Shown: positions 22,223 to 31,904 of the stretch, in pieces
Layout: the number at the start of each line of letters is the position of its first letter
Position numbering within the stretch: position 1 is the stretch's first letter
Assembly: GCF_056712565.1 (NCBI RefSeq)
Contig: NZ_CM160072.1
Length of the DNA stretch: 64,000 nt
Strand: one strand, 5' to 3'
Made by a program: the position numbers and the translations under genes
The notes under the pieces: generated by a model
The model's input: the letters and a program-made list of their open reading frames with translations, nothing else
What the model was told of the DNA's origin: nothing
Databases searched by the model: none

Positions 22223-22253
22223 AGATAAAGAAAAGGCGGGCAATTCGCCCGCC
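22223..22253 (-). terminator. Rho-independent terminator between cargo region and the FI operon
   Basis: 7-bp GC stem ggcgggc/gcccgcc with a T-run on the minus strand (complement of agataaagaaaa). Confidence 0.5.
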
Positions 22254-22460
22254 TGTCCTGATTTGTACTCACTCATTTTCCGCCTGACAATTTACATAGC
22301 CCAAATGCTATCAAACCTGACAGTCTGCTTTGAGCGAAAAGTGGACATTAGAGTTACAAAAGCAAGTTTAAATCATCCAAAATATTACAATGTCCTTATC
22401 TATCTGATATCGTTATGATAAAAAGCTCCTGAATATAATCGATAGTAGGTGGTTATTTCC

Positions 22461-22838
22461 ATGAAATCAATTTTAGAGGTCTTTACTCAAGGAAATACTA
22501 AAGAAAAACTGGCTGTTATCGCCGATCTCACAACCATTGCGGGAATATCGATTGCAACTATTATTGCTGGTTTGTTAACCCTAGTTGCAAAAACAGATAA
22601 ACTAGATGTTGGAAATCTGTTTGGAGTTGTCATAATATCTCTGCTCGGATTGGCTGGTGTTTGCTGTTTTGTGGCCTTATTTATTTGGGTTATAACCCAA
22701 ATGTCTAAACCATGGGGAACACCTCGGGGGGTTCAGCCCTTAGTTAAGTGTGCTATTTCCCTTATCTTTATCTGTATGTTTTTGCTGGCTGTCTTTACAT
22801 TTTATGAGTTTATTTCTTCGATGAGCATACGCTATTGA
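22461..22838 (+). CDS. Small hydrophobic membrane protein (3 predicted TM helices), prophage cargo
   Basis: ORF 22449..22838; likely start ATG 22461 (MKSILEVF) with AGGTGG RBS; AT-rich. Confidence 0.6.
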   Translation: MKSILEVFTQGNTKEKLAVIADLTTIAGISIATIIAGLLTLVAKTDKLDVGNLFGVVIISLLGLAGVCCFVALFIWVITQMSKPWGTPRGVQPLVKCAISLIFICMFLLAVFTFYEFISSMSIRY

Positions 22839-22860
22839 ATATAAAATCAGCCCCCATAAC

Positions 22861-23445
22861 TTAAAAGAGACCTTCTATATCGACTTCAATGCCCAAATAA
22901 CGGACTGTGCTTTCCAGTTTCTTATGGCCCAACAGAAGTTGGATCACCCGGAGACTCTTGGTTTTCTTGTAGATTAAGTAAGGTTTTGTTCTTCTCATGG
23001 AATGTGTGCTGTACAGCGAATCTTCGAGACCAAGCTTTTCTACCCACCCATGAAAAATTCGGTTGTATTGCCGGGTTGATATATGGTGGTTAGTTCCGAC
23101 CCGAGAGCGGAACAGGAAGCCTTTACTATGCCAGTTGCCGAGCTTTATCAATGCAGTAACCGCTTCCCTTGTCCCTTTGGTTATCTCAAATTGGACAGGG
23201 CTGCCGGTTTTCTGTTGCAACACCGTTGCTCTGCTTGAGACAGAACTGCCATATGCAGCATCTGATACTTTGAGTTTGACCAAATCACAGCCCCGTAGCT
23301 TAGTGTCCAAAGCCATGTTGAACAGAGCTAGATCGCGTGTTTTACCTTCCAACTCAAGTCTAATCCGGATCCCCCAGATATGAAATATCTGAAGTGGCCT
23401 TTTTTGACCGATGGTACGGTCTTTATTCCACGGTGACGTTTTCAT
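22861..23445 (-). CDS. Small tyrosine recombinase (phage-integrase family, FimB/FimE-sized)
   Basis: C-terminal catalytic signature HSMRRT...LLGHKKLESTVRYL (R, H-x-x-R, Y); likely start ATG 23445 with AGGAGA RBS giving 194 aa. Confidence 0.7.
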   Translation of the reverse strand: MKTSPWNKDRTIGQKRPLQIFHIWGIRIRLELEGKTRDLALFNMALDTKLRGCDLVKLKVSDAAYGSSVSSRATVLQQKTGSPVQFEITKGTREAVTALIKLGNWHSKGFLFRSRVGTNHHISTRQYNRIFHGWVEKLGLEDSLYSTHSMRRTKPYLIYKKTKSLRVIQLLLGHKKLESTVRYLGIEVDIEGLF

Positions 23446-24275
23446 ATTCAAATCTCCTGCAATGTGGGAGATTTGAGTATGGTTGTCTCTCAAGAGCGAA
23501 AATAAGTCAACTATCACTAGTTGTTGCGCATGTACGTATTCTGTCAATTAATTATTGACAATCATCAATTCTGGAATGATCAAAATCATCATATCGAATT
23601 ATAGTCTGGTTGACTGTATCTATTGTTGGTGTCATTTCTGTTATAATATCCTGATAACCTAAAGAGTTAAATACATTTACTAAGGCCTCACACCGAAGGG
23701 CCGTAGCAATTACAAAATTATAAATTGCCAGCCGTTTATTTTCTTGTTTAACTGCAAGAATGAATTCGATAGCAGTATTTTCATCACTTTGGATTGCATT
23801 ATATAGAGATACTATATTTACCATATCATCAGAGAATGTATGTATTGAATCACAAAGGGGAACGTAATGGGCATGATAGTGTGTTTCCCAGCCAATTAAT
23901 TCAAAAAGTCTTCTGGTTCCTGGATATTCAGGTGTATTTGGCCACAATCTATTAAATAGATCAGTTAGTTCTTTTCCCATGCGAATCCTTTCATTTGCTG
24001 CTGGATTAGTCATTCCTTTGGATTTTAAACACTCCAGCCACCGTTTTCCATTACTATGAACTAATTTCTTACTAGCCTTGAGTAATGCTTGTGCATTTTC
24101 GCCATCATCTATTGCTATATAAAATTGATTGGCAGCCTGTTCTATTATAACCCTAGCTAATACTTCCGATGCTGAAAAGGCTCCTATATTCAAAGAAGAG
24201 ATAGCCTGATTACTAAGTTCATTCAGTACATTAAAGTACTGTAAGACCATCAATTTTTGTTCCACACCCTTTAGG

Positions 24276-24280
24276 TTGTC
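24276..24280. repeat. IS2 target-site duplication, TTGTC (copy 1)
   Basis: 5 bp immediately flanking the IS2 terminus, identical to 25612..25616. Confidence 0.85.
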
Positions 24281-24291
24281 TGGATTTGCCC

Positions 24292-25197
24292 CTATATTTC
24301 CAGACACCTGTTATCACTTAACCCATTACTGGCTTGCTGCCGTAGATATTCCCGTGGCGAGCGATAACCCAGTGCACTATGCGGATGCCATTCGTTATAA
24401 TGCTCGAACGCCTCTGCAAGGTTCTTTGCTGCCGTTAACCCGTCTGGTTTGGGCATGACACTGATGTAGTCACGCTTTATCGTTTTCACGAAGCTCTCTG
24501 CTATGCCGTTACTCTCCGGACTCCGCACCGCCGTGCTCTTCGGTTCAAGCCCCAACATCCGGGCAAACTGCCGTGTTTCATTAGCCCGGTAGCATGAACC
24601 ATTATCCGTCAGCCACTCTACTGGAGACGCCGGAAGCTCGTTGCCGAAGCGGCGTTCCACCGCTCCCAGCATGACGTCCTGTACTGTTTCACTGTTGAAG
24701 CCGCCCGTAGTGACCGCCCAGTGCAGTGCCTCACGGTCACAGCAGTCCAGCGCGAACGTGACTCGCAGTTTTTCTCCGTTATCACAGCGGAACTCGAACC
24801 CGTCAGAGCACCATCGCTGATTACTTTCTTTCACAGCCACTCTGCCTGTATGTGCCCGTTTCGATGGCGGTACAGCAGGTTTTCGCTCAAGCAACAGCGC
24901 ATTCTGGCGCATGATCCGGTAAACACGTTTGGCATTGATCGCAGGCATACCATCAAGTTCTGCCTGTCTGCGAAGCAGCGCCCATACCCGACGATAACCA
25001 TACGTGGGCAGCTCTCCGATAACATGGTGTATACGGAGAAGCACATCCGTATCATCAGTGTGACGACTGCGGCGGCCATCCATCCAGTCATCGGTTCGTC
25101 TGAGAATGACGTGCAACTGCGCACGCGACACCCGGAGACAACGGCTGACTAAGCTTACTCCCCATCCCCGGGCAATAAGGGCGCGTGCGCTATCCAC
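24292..25197 (-). CDS. insD: IS2 transposase InsD (orfB, DDE domain)
   Basis: 301-aa ORF inside IS2. Confidence 0.9.
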
Positions 25198-25520
25198 TTT
25201 TTTGCCCGTCCATATTCAACGGCTTCTTTGAGGAGTTCATTTTCCATCGTTTTCTTGCCGAGCAGGCGCTGGAGTTCTTTAATCTGCTTCATGGCGGCAG
25301 CAAGTTCAGAGGCAGGAACAACCTGTTCTCCGGCGGCGACAGCAGTAAGACTTCCTTCCTGGTATTGCTTACGCCAGAGAAATAACTGGCTGGCTGCTAC
25401 ACCATGTTGCCGGGCAACGAGGGAGACCGTCATCCCTGGTTCAAAGCTCTGCTGAACAATTGCGATCTTTTCCTGTGTGGTACGCCGTCTGCGTTTCTCC
25501 GGTCCTAAGACATCAATCAT
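25155..25520 (-). CDS. insC: IS2 InsC (orfA, HTH)
   Basis: 121-aa product [41 protein letters not shown]...; overlaps insD in -1 frame. Confidence 0.9.
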
Positions 25521-25611
25521 CTGCTCTCCAATGACTAGTCTAAAAACTAGTATTAAGACTATCACTTAAATAAGTGATATTGGTTGTCTGGAGATTCAGG
25601 GGGCCAGTCTA

Positions 25612-25616
25612 TTGTC
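25612..25616. repeat. IS2 target-site duplication, TTGTC (copy 2)
   Basis: 5 bp immediately flanking the other IS2 terminus. Confidence 0.85.
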
Positions 25617-25768
25617 TATTTTATTTTTATGCTCCTCAAATTTTGCATGGATATATTTATTTATCGCGGCTATTTTTTTTACATCTTCGTCAAGATCAAA
25701 CGGGCAACGTCCAAACAATTCTTTTTTCATATATTTCTCCTGTTGTACAAGCTTCCATAAGTTGGCAG

Positions 25769-25794
25769 ATTATACACTGAAGATTACCTATAAA
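25769..25794 (-). promoter_or_regulatory. Candidate sigma70 promoter for the IS2-disrupted cargo gene
   Basis: Minus-strand TATAAT (25769..25774) with TTTATA upstream (25789..25794); spacing about 14 bp, so tentative. Confidence 0.35.
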
Positions 25795-26151
25795 TAGCTG
25801 TGCGGGATAGCAGATCAGTGCAAGAAGTACAACCAAGTGAACTGTGCGTATTCAGATACCTGGCCTAACGTTCGCGATAGCCGTCCCCTGCACGAAGCCA
25901 TATATTAGATGTATTAGCTCAGACCTTATCTGACAGGTTGAGTAGGTAGAATCTAATCAAAGCTGACAGTCTGGTTTGGACTGTGAGTTCAACCGATGGA
26001 TGCAACACACAGCGATCTACGGACATTACTAGCATAGCTGTGTATTAATCATCGGGAAGCAGGTCAGTCCGCTCCTAGCACAGAGCAGACTGTCAGATTA
26101 GGCTTTACTCTGTGCTATAGATACGTTAGCTCACTCCAGAGATCATACAAC

Positions 26152-26679
26152 TTATTGCGGCATTTCCGGCCATTCAGGATTTGCAGGATCCACACGGCTG
26201 ACCAGAACACTGTAGCGTTCCCATGCTTCCAGTCGGCTACGCTCCTCATCTGTTGCCATATTCAGTCTGACAGAGCGTTCCAGTGGCTGAATGATAGTTT
26301 CAGCTTCGGAAAGCAAAGCTGACTTCTGTAATTCCGCCAGTTGCAGCTGTTCGTCTGCCGTATAAATCCGCTTAATCACGGCACCATCCTTAAACATCCA
26401 TTTACCTGAGTCATCAGCACGTCGGTTGGCGGTAATATCAGGAACCTCGACAACGCTAAAACCTTCAGGGTTGAGCGTTGAAGCATCTCTGGTGATGCCG
26501 ACAATTATATTATTCTCATCGTAAACAATCTTTATCGTGTCTTCCTGAAAATTACTTACTTCCTCATACCAGTTTTTTCCCTCTTCGGACCATAACCAGA
26601 TAACATCAAAATTTTTTGTCAGTTGATATTGGGCAACAGTTTTTGGATTACCCGCAGTAATATTTTTTAAATGCTGCAT
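26152..26679 (-). CDS. G: Tail fiber assembly protein G
   Basis: 175 aa immediately downstream of tail fiber gene H. Confidence 0.85.
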   Translation of the reverse strand: MQHLKNITAGNPKTVAQYQLTKNFDVIWLWSEEGKNWYEEVSNFQEDTIKIVYDENNIIVGITRDASTLNPEGFSVVEVPDITANRRADDSGKWMFKDGAVIKRIYTADEQLQLAELQKSALLSEAETIIQPLERSVRLNMATDEERSRLEAWERYSVLVSRVDPANPEWPEMPQ

Positions 26680-26682
26680 AAA

Positions 26683-29412
26683 TTACACCTGTGCGACGTT
26701 ATACCATGTGCCATTGATGTATTTTTGTATTGGTCTGAATACTGCGGGGTCATCACCATCGACTTCACCGACAATACCAAGCCCGGTAATTACGTGCCCT
26801 GCTTTCTCATACATCACCCCTTTCTGCATGGTCTGGACAACACGTGTGCCAAGTCTGACATCTCTCACATAGCGGGAATCAAAGTTACCGTAATCCGAGG
26901 GATTAACACGCCCCGTAATATTTATGGTTTTATTACTTTGAACGCTTCCGGAGACAAAGCGCATAACATGGACGCTATTAGCATAAACATCCAGATTACC
27001 ATCACCATTTTGTTTAAAGCCCGTGTCATTATCACCCAAAACAATCGAATTACCGCCAAGAGCACTGGATGTTCCTATACCCAGAGCACCATTCAATTGA
27101 CCACCAGATAACGGCAGTGCACCGACATCTCCCGCTGTAGGTTTTCGCGTTGTGGTATAAAACTCAGACCAGTCAGCCTCGAATCCGTAACCGTCACGAG
27201 CAGAACGATAAAAAATACCACCGTTCTTATAATTAACGCGAAACTGGGCGGCGGGACAACTTCCTTCCCCGATATTAAAATGAAGAATTAACGTTGATGC
27301 CCCACCAATAGTTGCGTTATAGGCTCCGCTACTCCAGTTCCATCCAACGGCTTTATCATTCGCAACGGTGTCTCCTGTTTTTCCTGAAGCAAATGCACCA
27401 ATATTTTTCGGCGTCAGGTTAATATCTGATGTTCCATCAAACGAAACGTTATTAATTTTACGGGCTGTTTTCAGCTTTGTTGCTGTCGCCGCATTGCCGG
27501 ACAGTTCACCAGAAAGGCCAGCACTGAATGTCTGTTTCGCGCCCCATGTCTGGGCTTCGTCGATAATTGGCACACGTCTTGTCGTGATCGTGCGGCTTCC
27601 CGGATTTCCTGAAATACGCACCATAAAAAAGCGGTAGTTGGCTTTACTTACAGTGCTGCGCCATACATGCATTGAGCGTCCCGAACCAGAATCATCACTC
27701 GGACCGACTGAGATGTTTATCAGGTTGCCATCAATGACGCCCCAGTCCATACCGTCGGGAATATTGGTCATGTTATCCAGCCGAACGGTTATCAGACTGC
27801 CCGGCACAAAATCGTATGTCTGCCAGTCCAGGCTGGTGAGTTTTGCCACTGCGCCACCGATACCCAACTCTAACGGCAAAGAGTTTGAGTTATAAATCTG
27901 TCGCCACTCCCCCCACGCGTTAAATGAGCCACCAAGAAACACTCGCTCATATAAACGGTCTTTTGTAGCTGCGCTGGTTCCTGTGGTCGTGTAACGTTGC
28001 AAAACATAGACACCATCCTTGCGCCTGATGACTTCCAGAAAACCAGACTGCCCCTGGATTGGGGTGTGGGTCGCTTTGCCTGTCACACTGTAAATACCTG
28101 GAGACATCAAATCATCCAGGTCATCCTCATAGAAGGTACTACTGGTCTGATAACCAATTTGGATCCAGTCTTCCCACTGTGGATTTTCTGCATCCCATTT
28201 GGCTGTCAGGCCGCGAATATACATAGTCCCGTTACGGGTTGTATAACGCTGTGTGCGTCCATATAGCCCACCTTCGAAAATTTCCAGAATGCCCTGCGCG
28301 TCTCCTCCCTGCTCGGGGTAATGTCGTTCAAAAGAAGCTATTGCTGAACTGCTGTTTCTCCATAGACCTAAATGTTCTGCGCCACCGAGAGAGTTAAGGT
28401 CAATGGTCGTACTTAGAGCTCGCGTTACAGCCTGAACATGGCGCCATGCTCCCCATGGTCCATCATTACCATTCCATGTTCCAATGAGTTTGCGGATATA
28501 CAAATTTCCGTCACGTGTGGTATAGCGTTGCGTGCCTGCAAAATTGCCGCCAGTAAAAACCTCAAGCACACCGACAGCATTATCTTCAGGGAAGTTTTTC
28601 TCCAGTGTTGCGTTGGTGGACGTTGCTTTAGACCAGATACCTGAATAAGCCTTAACAGAACCAAACGTATTCAGATCAGCATCAACCGGCATTTCGCCAT
28701 TGTTTTTCATAAACGTCAGGCTGGTAACGCCAACATTGTCCAGAAAAGCTGATTTATCCTGGATATCTGCACCATTCTGATTTTTCGCCAGACGTGAATT
28801 TGCGTTGTCATTTGCTGCCTTGACCGCTTTTGGCGTTGCTGCCAATGACTCACTGGTGCTGTTTGTTGCACTGCTTAACTGAGTAAAACCTTTTTCTGTC
28901 AGCGTGGCGTCAGGATGGCGGCGGGACTGCTCATGCTCTGCGATTTTGTCATCGACGTAATCCTGCGTCGCCATCACTGTGCTGGCATCAATACTCAGCT
29001 CAACGGACGCCACGTTACTGACAATAATAACCATGCGGCAGGTCTGCGCACGCCCGGAGCCTTCAGCCAGTTCTGGCTTATAGCTTTCAGCCATGTTGGA
29101 TACCGCAATCAGTGTTCCGGCATCGTCATACAGACCAAGCTCACGCATCCAGAAGCCGCCCACTTCGGGCGGTACAACCAGTTCAGCCACGATATAGTTT
29201 TTATTCTTGTTATCCACGCTGACTTTATTCAGAGCGTGACGCCAGACCTCATGCACCAGTTTCGTCTGACCGGCATCCGGCACCGGCAATTTGCCATTAC
29301 CGTCACCCACGGCCATTGCAGACAGGGTTACTTTTTTCCCGCCGGGGACAGTGGCGGCTGCCAGCTTTGCGGCTCCGGCAGTAGTGATAACGGTTTTAAA
29401 TTTCGTGCTCAT
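26683..29412 (-). CDS. H: Tail fiber protein H (909 aa, enlarged distal region)
   Basis: Conserved N-terminus MSTKFKTVITTAGAAKLAAATVPGG; internal repeated modules in distal half. Confidence 0.88.
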   Translation of the reverse strand: MSTKFKTVITTAGAAKLAAATVPGGKKVTLSAMAVGDGNGKLPVPDAGQTKLVHEVWRHALNKVSVDNKNKNYIVAELVVPPEVGGFWMRELGLYDDAGTLIAVSNMAESYKPELAEGSGRAQTCRMVIIVSNVASVELSIDASTVMATQDYVDDKIAEHEQSRRHPDATLTEKGFTQLSSATNSTSESLAATPKAVKAANDNANSRLAKNQNGADIQDKSAFLDNVGVTSLTFMKNNGEMPVDADLNTFGSVKAYSGIWSKATSTNATLEKNFPEDNAVGVLEVFTGGNFAGTQRYTTRDGNLYIRKLIGTWNGNDGPWGAWRHVQAVTRALSTTIDLNSLGGAEHLGLWRNSSSAIASFERHYPEQGGDAQGILEIFEGGLYGRTQRYTTRNGTMYIRGLTAKWDAENPQWEDWIQIGYQTSSTFYEDDLDDLMSPGIYSVTGKATHTPIQGQSGFLEVIRRKDGVYVLQRYTTTGTSAATKDRLYERVFLGGSFNAWGEWRQIYNSNSLPLELGIGGAVAKLTSLDWQTYDFVPGSLITVRLDNMTNIPDGMDWGVIDGNLINISVGPSDDSGSGRSMHVWRSTVSKANYRFFMVRISGNPGSRTITTRRVPIIDEAQTWGAKQTFSAGLSGELSGNAATATKLKTARKINNVSFDGTSDINLTPKNIGAFASGKTGDTVANDKAVGWNWSSGAYNATIGGASTLILHFNIGEGSCPAAQFRVNYKNGGIFYRSARDGYGFEADWSEFYTTTRKPTAGDVGALPLSGGQLNGALGIGTSSALGGNSIVLGDNDTGFKQNGDGNLDVYANSVHVMRFVSGSVQSNKTINITGRVNPSDYGNFDSRYVRDVRLGTRVVQTMQKGVMYEKAGHVITGLGIVGEVDGDDPAVFRPIQKYINGTWYNVAQV

Positions 29413-29422
29413 TGTTTCTCAC

Positions 29423-29953
29423 TTATCCGGGATAAACAGTAATAACATCACCATCACAGACCACACCGCCTGTATACAGACAGCCGGGAATGTCCTGGAT
29501 AATGTTCAGACCGATAAGGTGGCGACTTGCGGGTTTGGCATCGGCAATAAGCCGTTCCATTTCCAGATACATCTCCTCCGTGATGCCGCTTTCCAGCACA
29601 CCGATATCAAGGCGAAAGGTTCCGGGCGGGTCGTTTGTCTCCCACCATTCCTTTACGTTAATGAGATAGCCGAGCGGCTCCACCACACGCCGGATTGCGC
29701 CTATAGTGCCCTTATGGCAGTGAATGAAATACGCATCGCGGATAACGGCGCGTTTTGTTGCTTCCGGCCACTTTTCATCCCACCTGTCAACAGAAAACGC
29801 CCACGCCAGCCACGGCAGCAGATTTGCCGGACAGGTGTCCGGGTTCCACAGCTCACGAATACTGACCGGCGTTTTTTCAATTTCCGCACAGGCTTTTGCG
29901 GCGGCAACTTCAAGCGGTGATGAGCCGGTCGGCAGCAGGCGCGAATCACTCAT
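29423..29953 (-). CDS. I: Baseplate protein I
   Basis: 176 aa, position between J and H. Confidence 0.85.
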   Translation of the reverse strand: MSDSRLLPTGSSPLEVAAAKACAEIEKTPVSIRELWNPDTCPANLLPWLAWAFSVDRWDEKWPEATKRAVIRDAYFIHCHKGTIGAIRRVVEPLGYLINVKEWWETNDPPGTFRLDIGVLESGITEEMYLEMERLIADAKPASRHLIGLNIIQDIPGCLYTGGVVCDGDVITVYPG

Positions 29954-30854
29954 CAGAGCCTCCGGTCACGACGCGGTATTCGGTACAGAAAGACGCCTGC
30001 GTACTGTTGAGCACGATGTCGGCCAGCGGTGCAGTCAGTTCGACACGCTGCACGCCTTCCACATGCAAAGCGGCATAAATGGCAGACAGACGGATGTCGC
30101 GCCCCAGCCGGTGCTGTGCCGTGATATACGCTTCCAGTTTTTTTACTGCGGCCGCGCGGATGGGTTCGCTTTCGGGACCAGGGTAAAGGTAAAGCGTGGC
30201 GTTTATCTGGTATTCAACGATGGCGGCAGACTGCACGGTCACGCGGTCAGCCACCGGCCTGACATCCTCGCCATTAAGGGCGTTACGTACCACCGCCAGC
30301 AGGTCTTCGGATGCCACACCGTTATTCTCACGTGACAGCACAGAGATGGTGACGCAGGCCGGAGACGGACTGGTGACAGAGATATCCGCGACACGCCCGT
30401 CGGCACTGCGGCCATGATACTGATAGGCACCCACCGACCCGGCGACGCTTAAGCCTTCAAACGCCTGCTGAATACGCAGCCGGTAATCGGTGTCAGACTC
30501 CATCACTGCCGGTGTCGGCGGGATAGTCGAATCATCTGCCGGGGTGATAATCAGGCGCGTGGTGTTGTAATTGGCACCAATCACATCAAGGTCATTACCG
30601 GCAGCACAGGCCAGCATCACCGCCCGTGCGGCCTCATTCACACGCTGACGCCAGATAAGTTCACGATAAGCATTTTCCTCCAGCAGTTTGACGAGAGGCT
30701 CGGATTCCAGCGTCAGGGTACGGGCGACCGCCTCCTGCTGGTCTTCCGGGTAAAGGGAAATCAGTGTCGCCTTGCGTTCGGCAAGAATGGTTTCAAAGTC
30801 CAGCTCCTCGACCACATCCGGTGCGGGTAGCTGGTTCAGGTCGATAATCGGCAT
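29946..30854 (-). CDS. J: Baseplate wedge protein J
   Basis: 302 aa. Confidence 0.85.
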   Translation of the reverse strand: MPIIDLNQLPAPDVVEELDFETILAERKATLISLYPEDQQEAVARTLTLESEPLVKLLEENAYRELIWRQRVNEAARAVMLACAAGNDLDVIGANYNTTRLIITPADDSTIPPTPAVMESDTDYRLRIQQAFEGLSVAGSVGAYQYHGRSADGRVADISVTSPSPACVTISVLSRENNGVASEDLLAVVRNALNGEDVRPVADRVTVQSAAIVEYQINATLYLYPGPESEPIRAAAVKKLEAYITAQHRLGRDIRLSAIYAALHVEGVQRVELTAPLADIVLNSTQASFCTEYRVVTGGSDE

Positions 30855-30858
30855 GGTT

Positions 30859-31206
30859 TCAACTCACAGGGATGGTTAACGAAAGTGGCTGGCCGGTGTC
30901 GTTGTGCTGACCGGTTAACGTGACCGTCATTCGCCCGTCAAAACTGCGCTCAGTGGTGACGGATGACAGGGTGACGCGGGGTTCCCATTTCAGCACCGCC
31001 ATGTAACAGGCGACCTTAATCTGCAACTCAAGCGCCGGAGTCTGCGGCTGGTCAATCATTGACGCCAGCAACGAGCCGTAATCACGACGCATCACCCGCG
31101 AGCCGACCGGTGTGCGCAGGATATCGCCGATACTCTGGCTGATATGCTCAAGGTCAGTGACAGTCAGGCCATCACTGCGATTCATTCCGAGATAACGCGC
31201 AGTCAT
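30859..31206 (-). CDS. W: Baseplate protein W
   Basis: 115 aa. Confidence 0.85.
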   Translation of the reverse strand: MTARYLGMNRSDGLTVTDLEHISQSIGDILRTPVGSRVMRRDYGSLLASMIDQPQTPALELQIKVACYMAVLKWEPRVTLSSVTTERSFDGRMTVTLTGQHNDTGQPLSLTIPVS

Positions 31207-31838
31207 AGAGGTCCTCCGGTTGTGCCGCCGCTGTCGCCGGGGTGTTTATGGGTATGCAGTACCTTACCGTTTGATGAGAGTTCACCGCCGGTGTGTTCAA
31301 TGTTGCCGCGCATCGTCCCGCCCTTCTGCACTTCCAGCGTGCCGGTAATCAGCCTGTTGGTGCAGACCACCTCCGGTGTGTCCAGGGTGACGCGGGTTGA
31401 TGCTTTCACCATGACCACCGGCACCGTGGCAGTAACAGAATCAGAAGCCGTCACGCTGGCCGTTTTAATTCCGCTTGCCGTGAGCGCACTGGTTTCGGGT
31501 TCATACTCAATCACCGCCCCGTCAGGGAAACGGATGTACAGGGCATCCGCCGACGCAGACGGCGCGGGGTTATCACCGGAATAAATCCCCGGCAGAACGA
31601 ACGCCGTGTCGAGTTCACCGCCCACGGCCAGAATCAGCACCTGTTCCCCCTCGGAAGGTGCCCACCACGTGCGCGAACGTCCGGCGCGATGGGTCAGCCA
31701 CTGAAGCCAGTCGGTGCACATGCCGCCGGTCTGCACACGGCAGCGACCGGCGTTAAGGTCGGTTTCGACGATAATGCCGGTGCGGATCATGTTGCGCAGT
31801 GCGCGCGCGAGTTCCTGAATATTTGCGAGAGTGTTCAT
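31203..31838 (-). CDS. V: Baseplate spike/assembly protein V
   Basis: 211 aa. Confidence 0.85.
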   Translation of the reverse strand: MNTLANIQELARALRNMIRTGIIVETDLNAGRCRVQTGGMCTDWLQWLTHRAGRSRTWWAPSEGEQVLILAVGGELDTAFVLPGIYSGDNPAPSASADALYIRFPDGAVIEYEPETSALTASGIKTASVTASDSVTATVPVVMVKASTRVTLDTPEVVCTNRLITGTLEVQKGGTMRGNIEHTGGELSSNGKVLHTHKHPGDSGGTTGGPL

Positions 31839-31904
31839 AACGGGAAGGATGCCGTCGGGTCATACCGGCGGCAATGTGACGATGAGGTGTCGGGAATGGC
31901 ACAA

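Larger units (their letters stand above)
24281..25611 (-). mobile_element. IS2 insertion sequence (IS3 family), 1331 bp
   Basis: Ends TGGATTTGCCCCTATATTTCCAGACACCTG... and ...GGGGGCCAGTCTA match IS2 termini; InsC and InsD reading frames inside. Confidence 0.9.
23552..25730 (-). pseudogene. Hypothetical gene of about 280 aa disrupted by IS2 (N-terminal 39 codons 25612..25730, remainder 23552..24275)
   Basis: Removing IS2 and one TTGTC copy restores a continuous frame MKKELFGRCPFDLDEDVKKIAAINKYIHAKFEEHKNKID|NLKGVEQKLMVLQYF...; AGGAGA RBS before ATG at 25730. Confidence 0.75.

Noticed and set aside
25740-26150. Possible retron msr/msd RNA in the structured non-coding stretch
   Set aside because: No reverse transcriptase gene (no YxDD-containing ORF) anywhere nearby; the adjacent genes are a tyrosine recombinase and an unknown protein
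26671-27111. 146-aa plus-strand ORF overlapping the tail fiber gene H
   Set aside because: Antisense within H; no support
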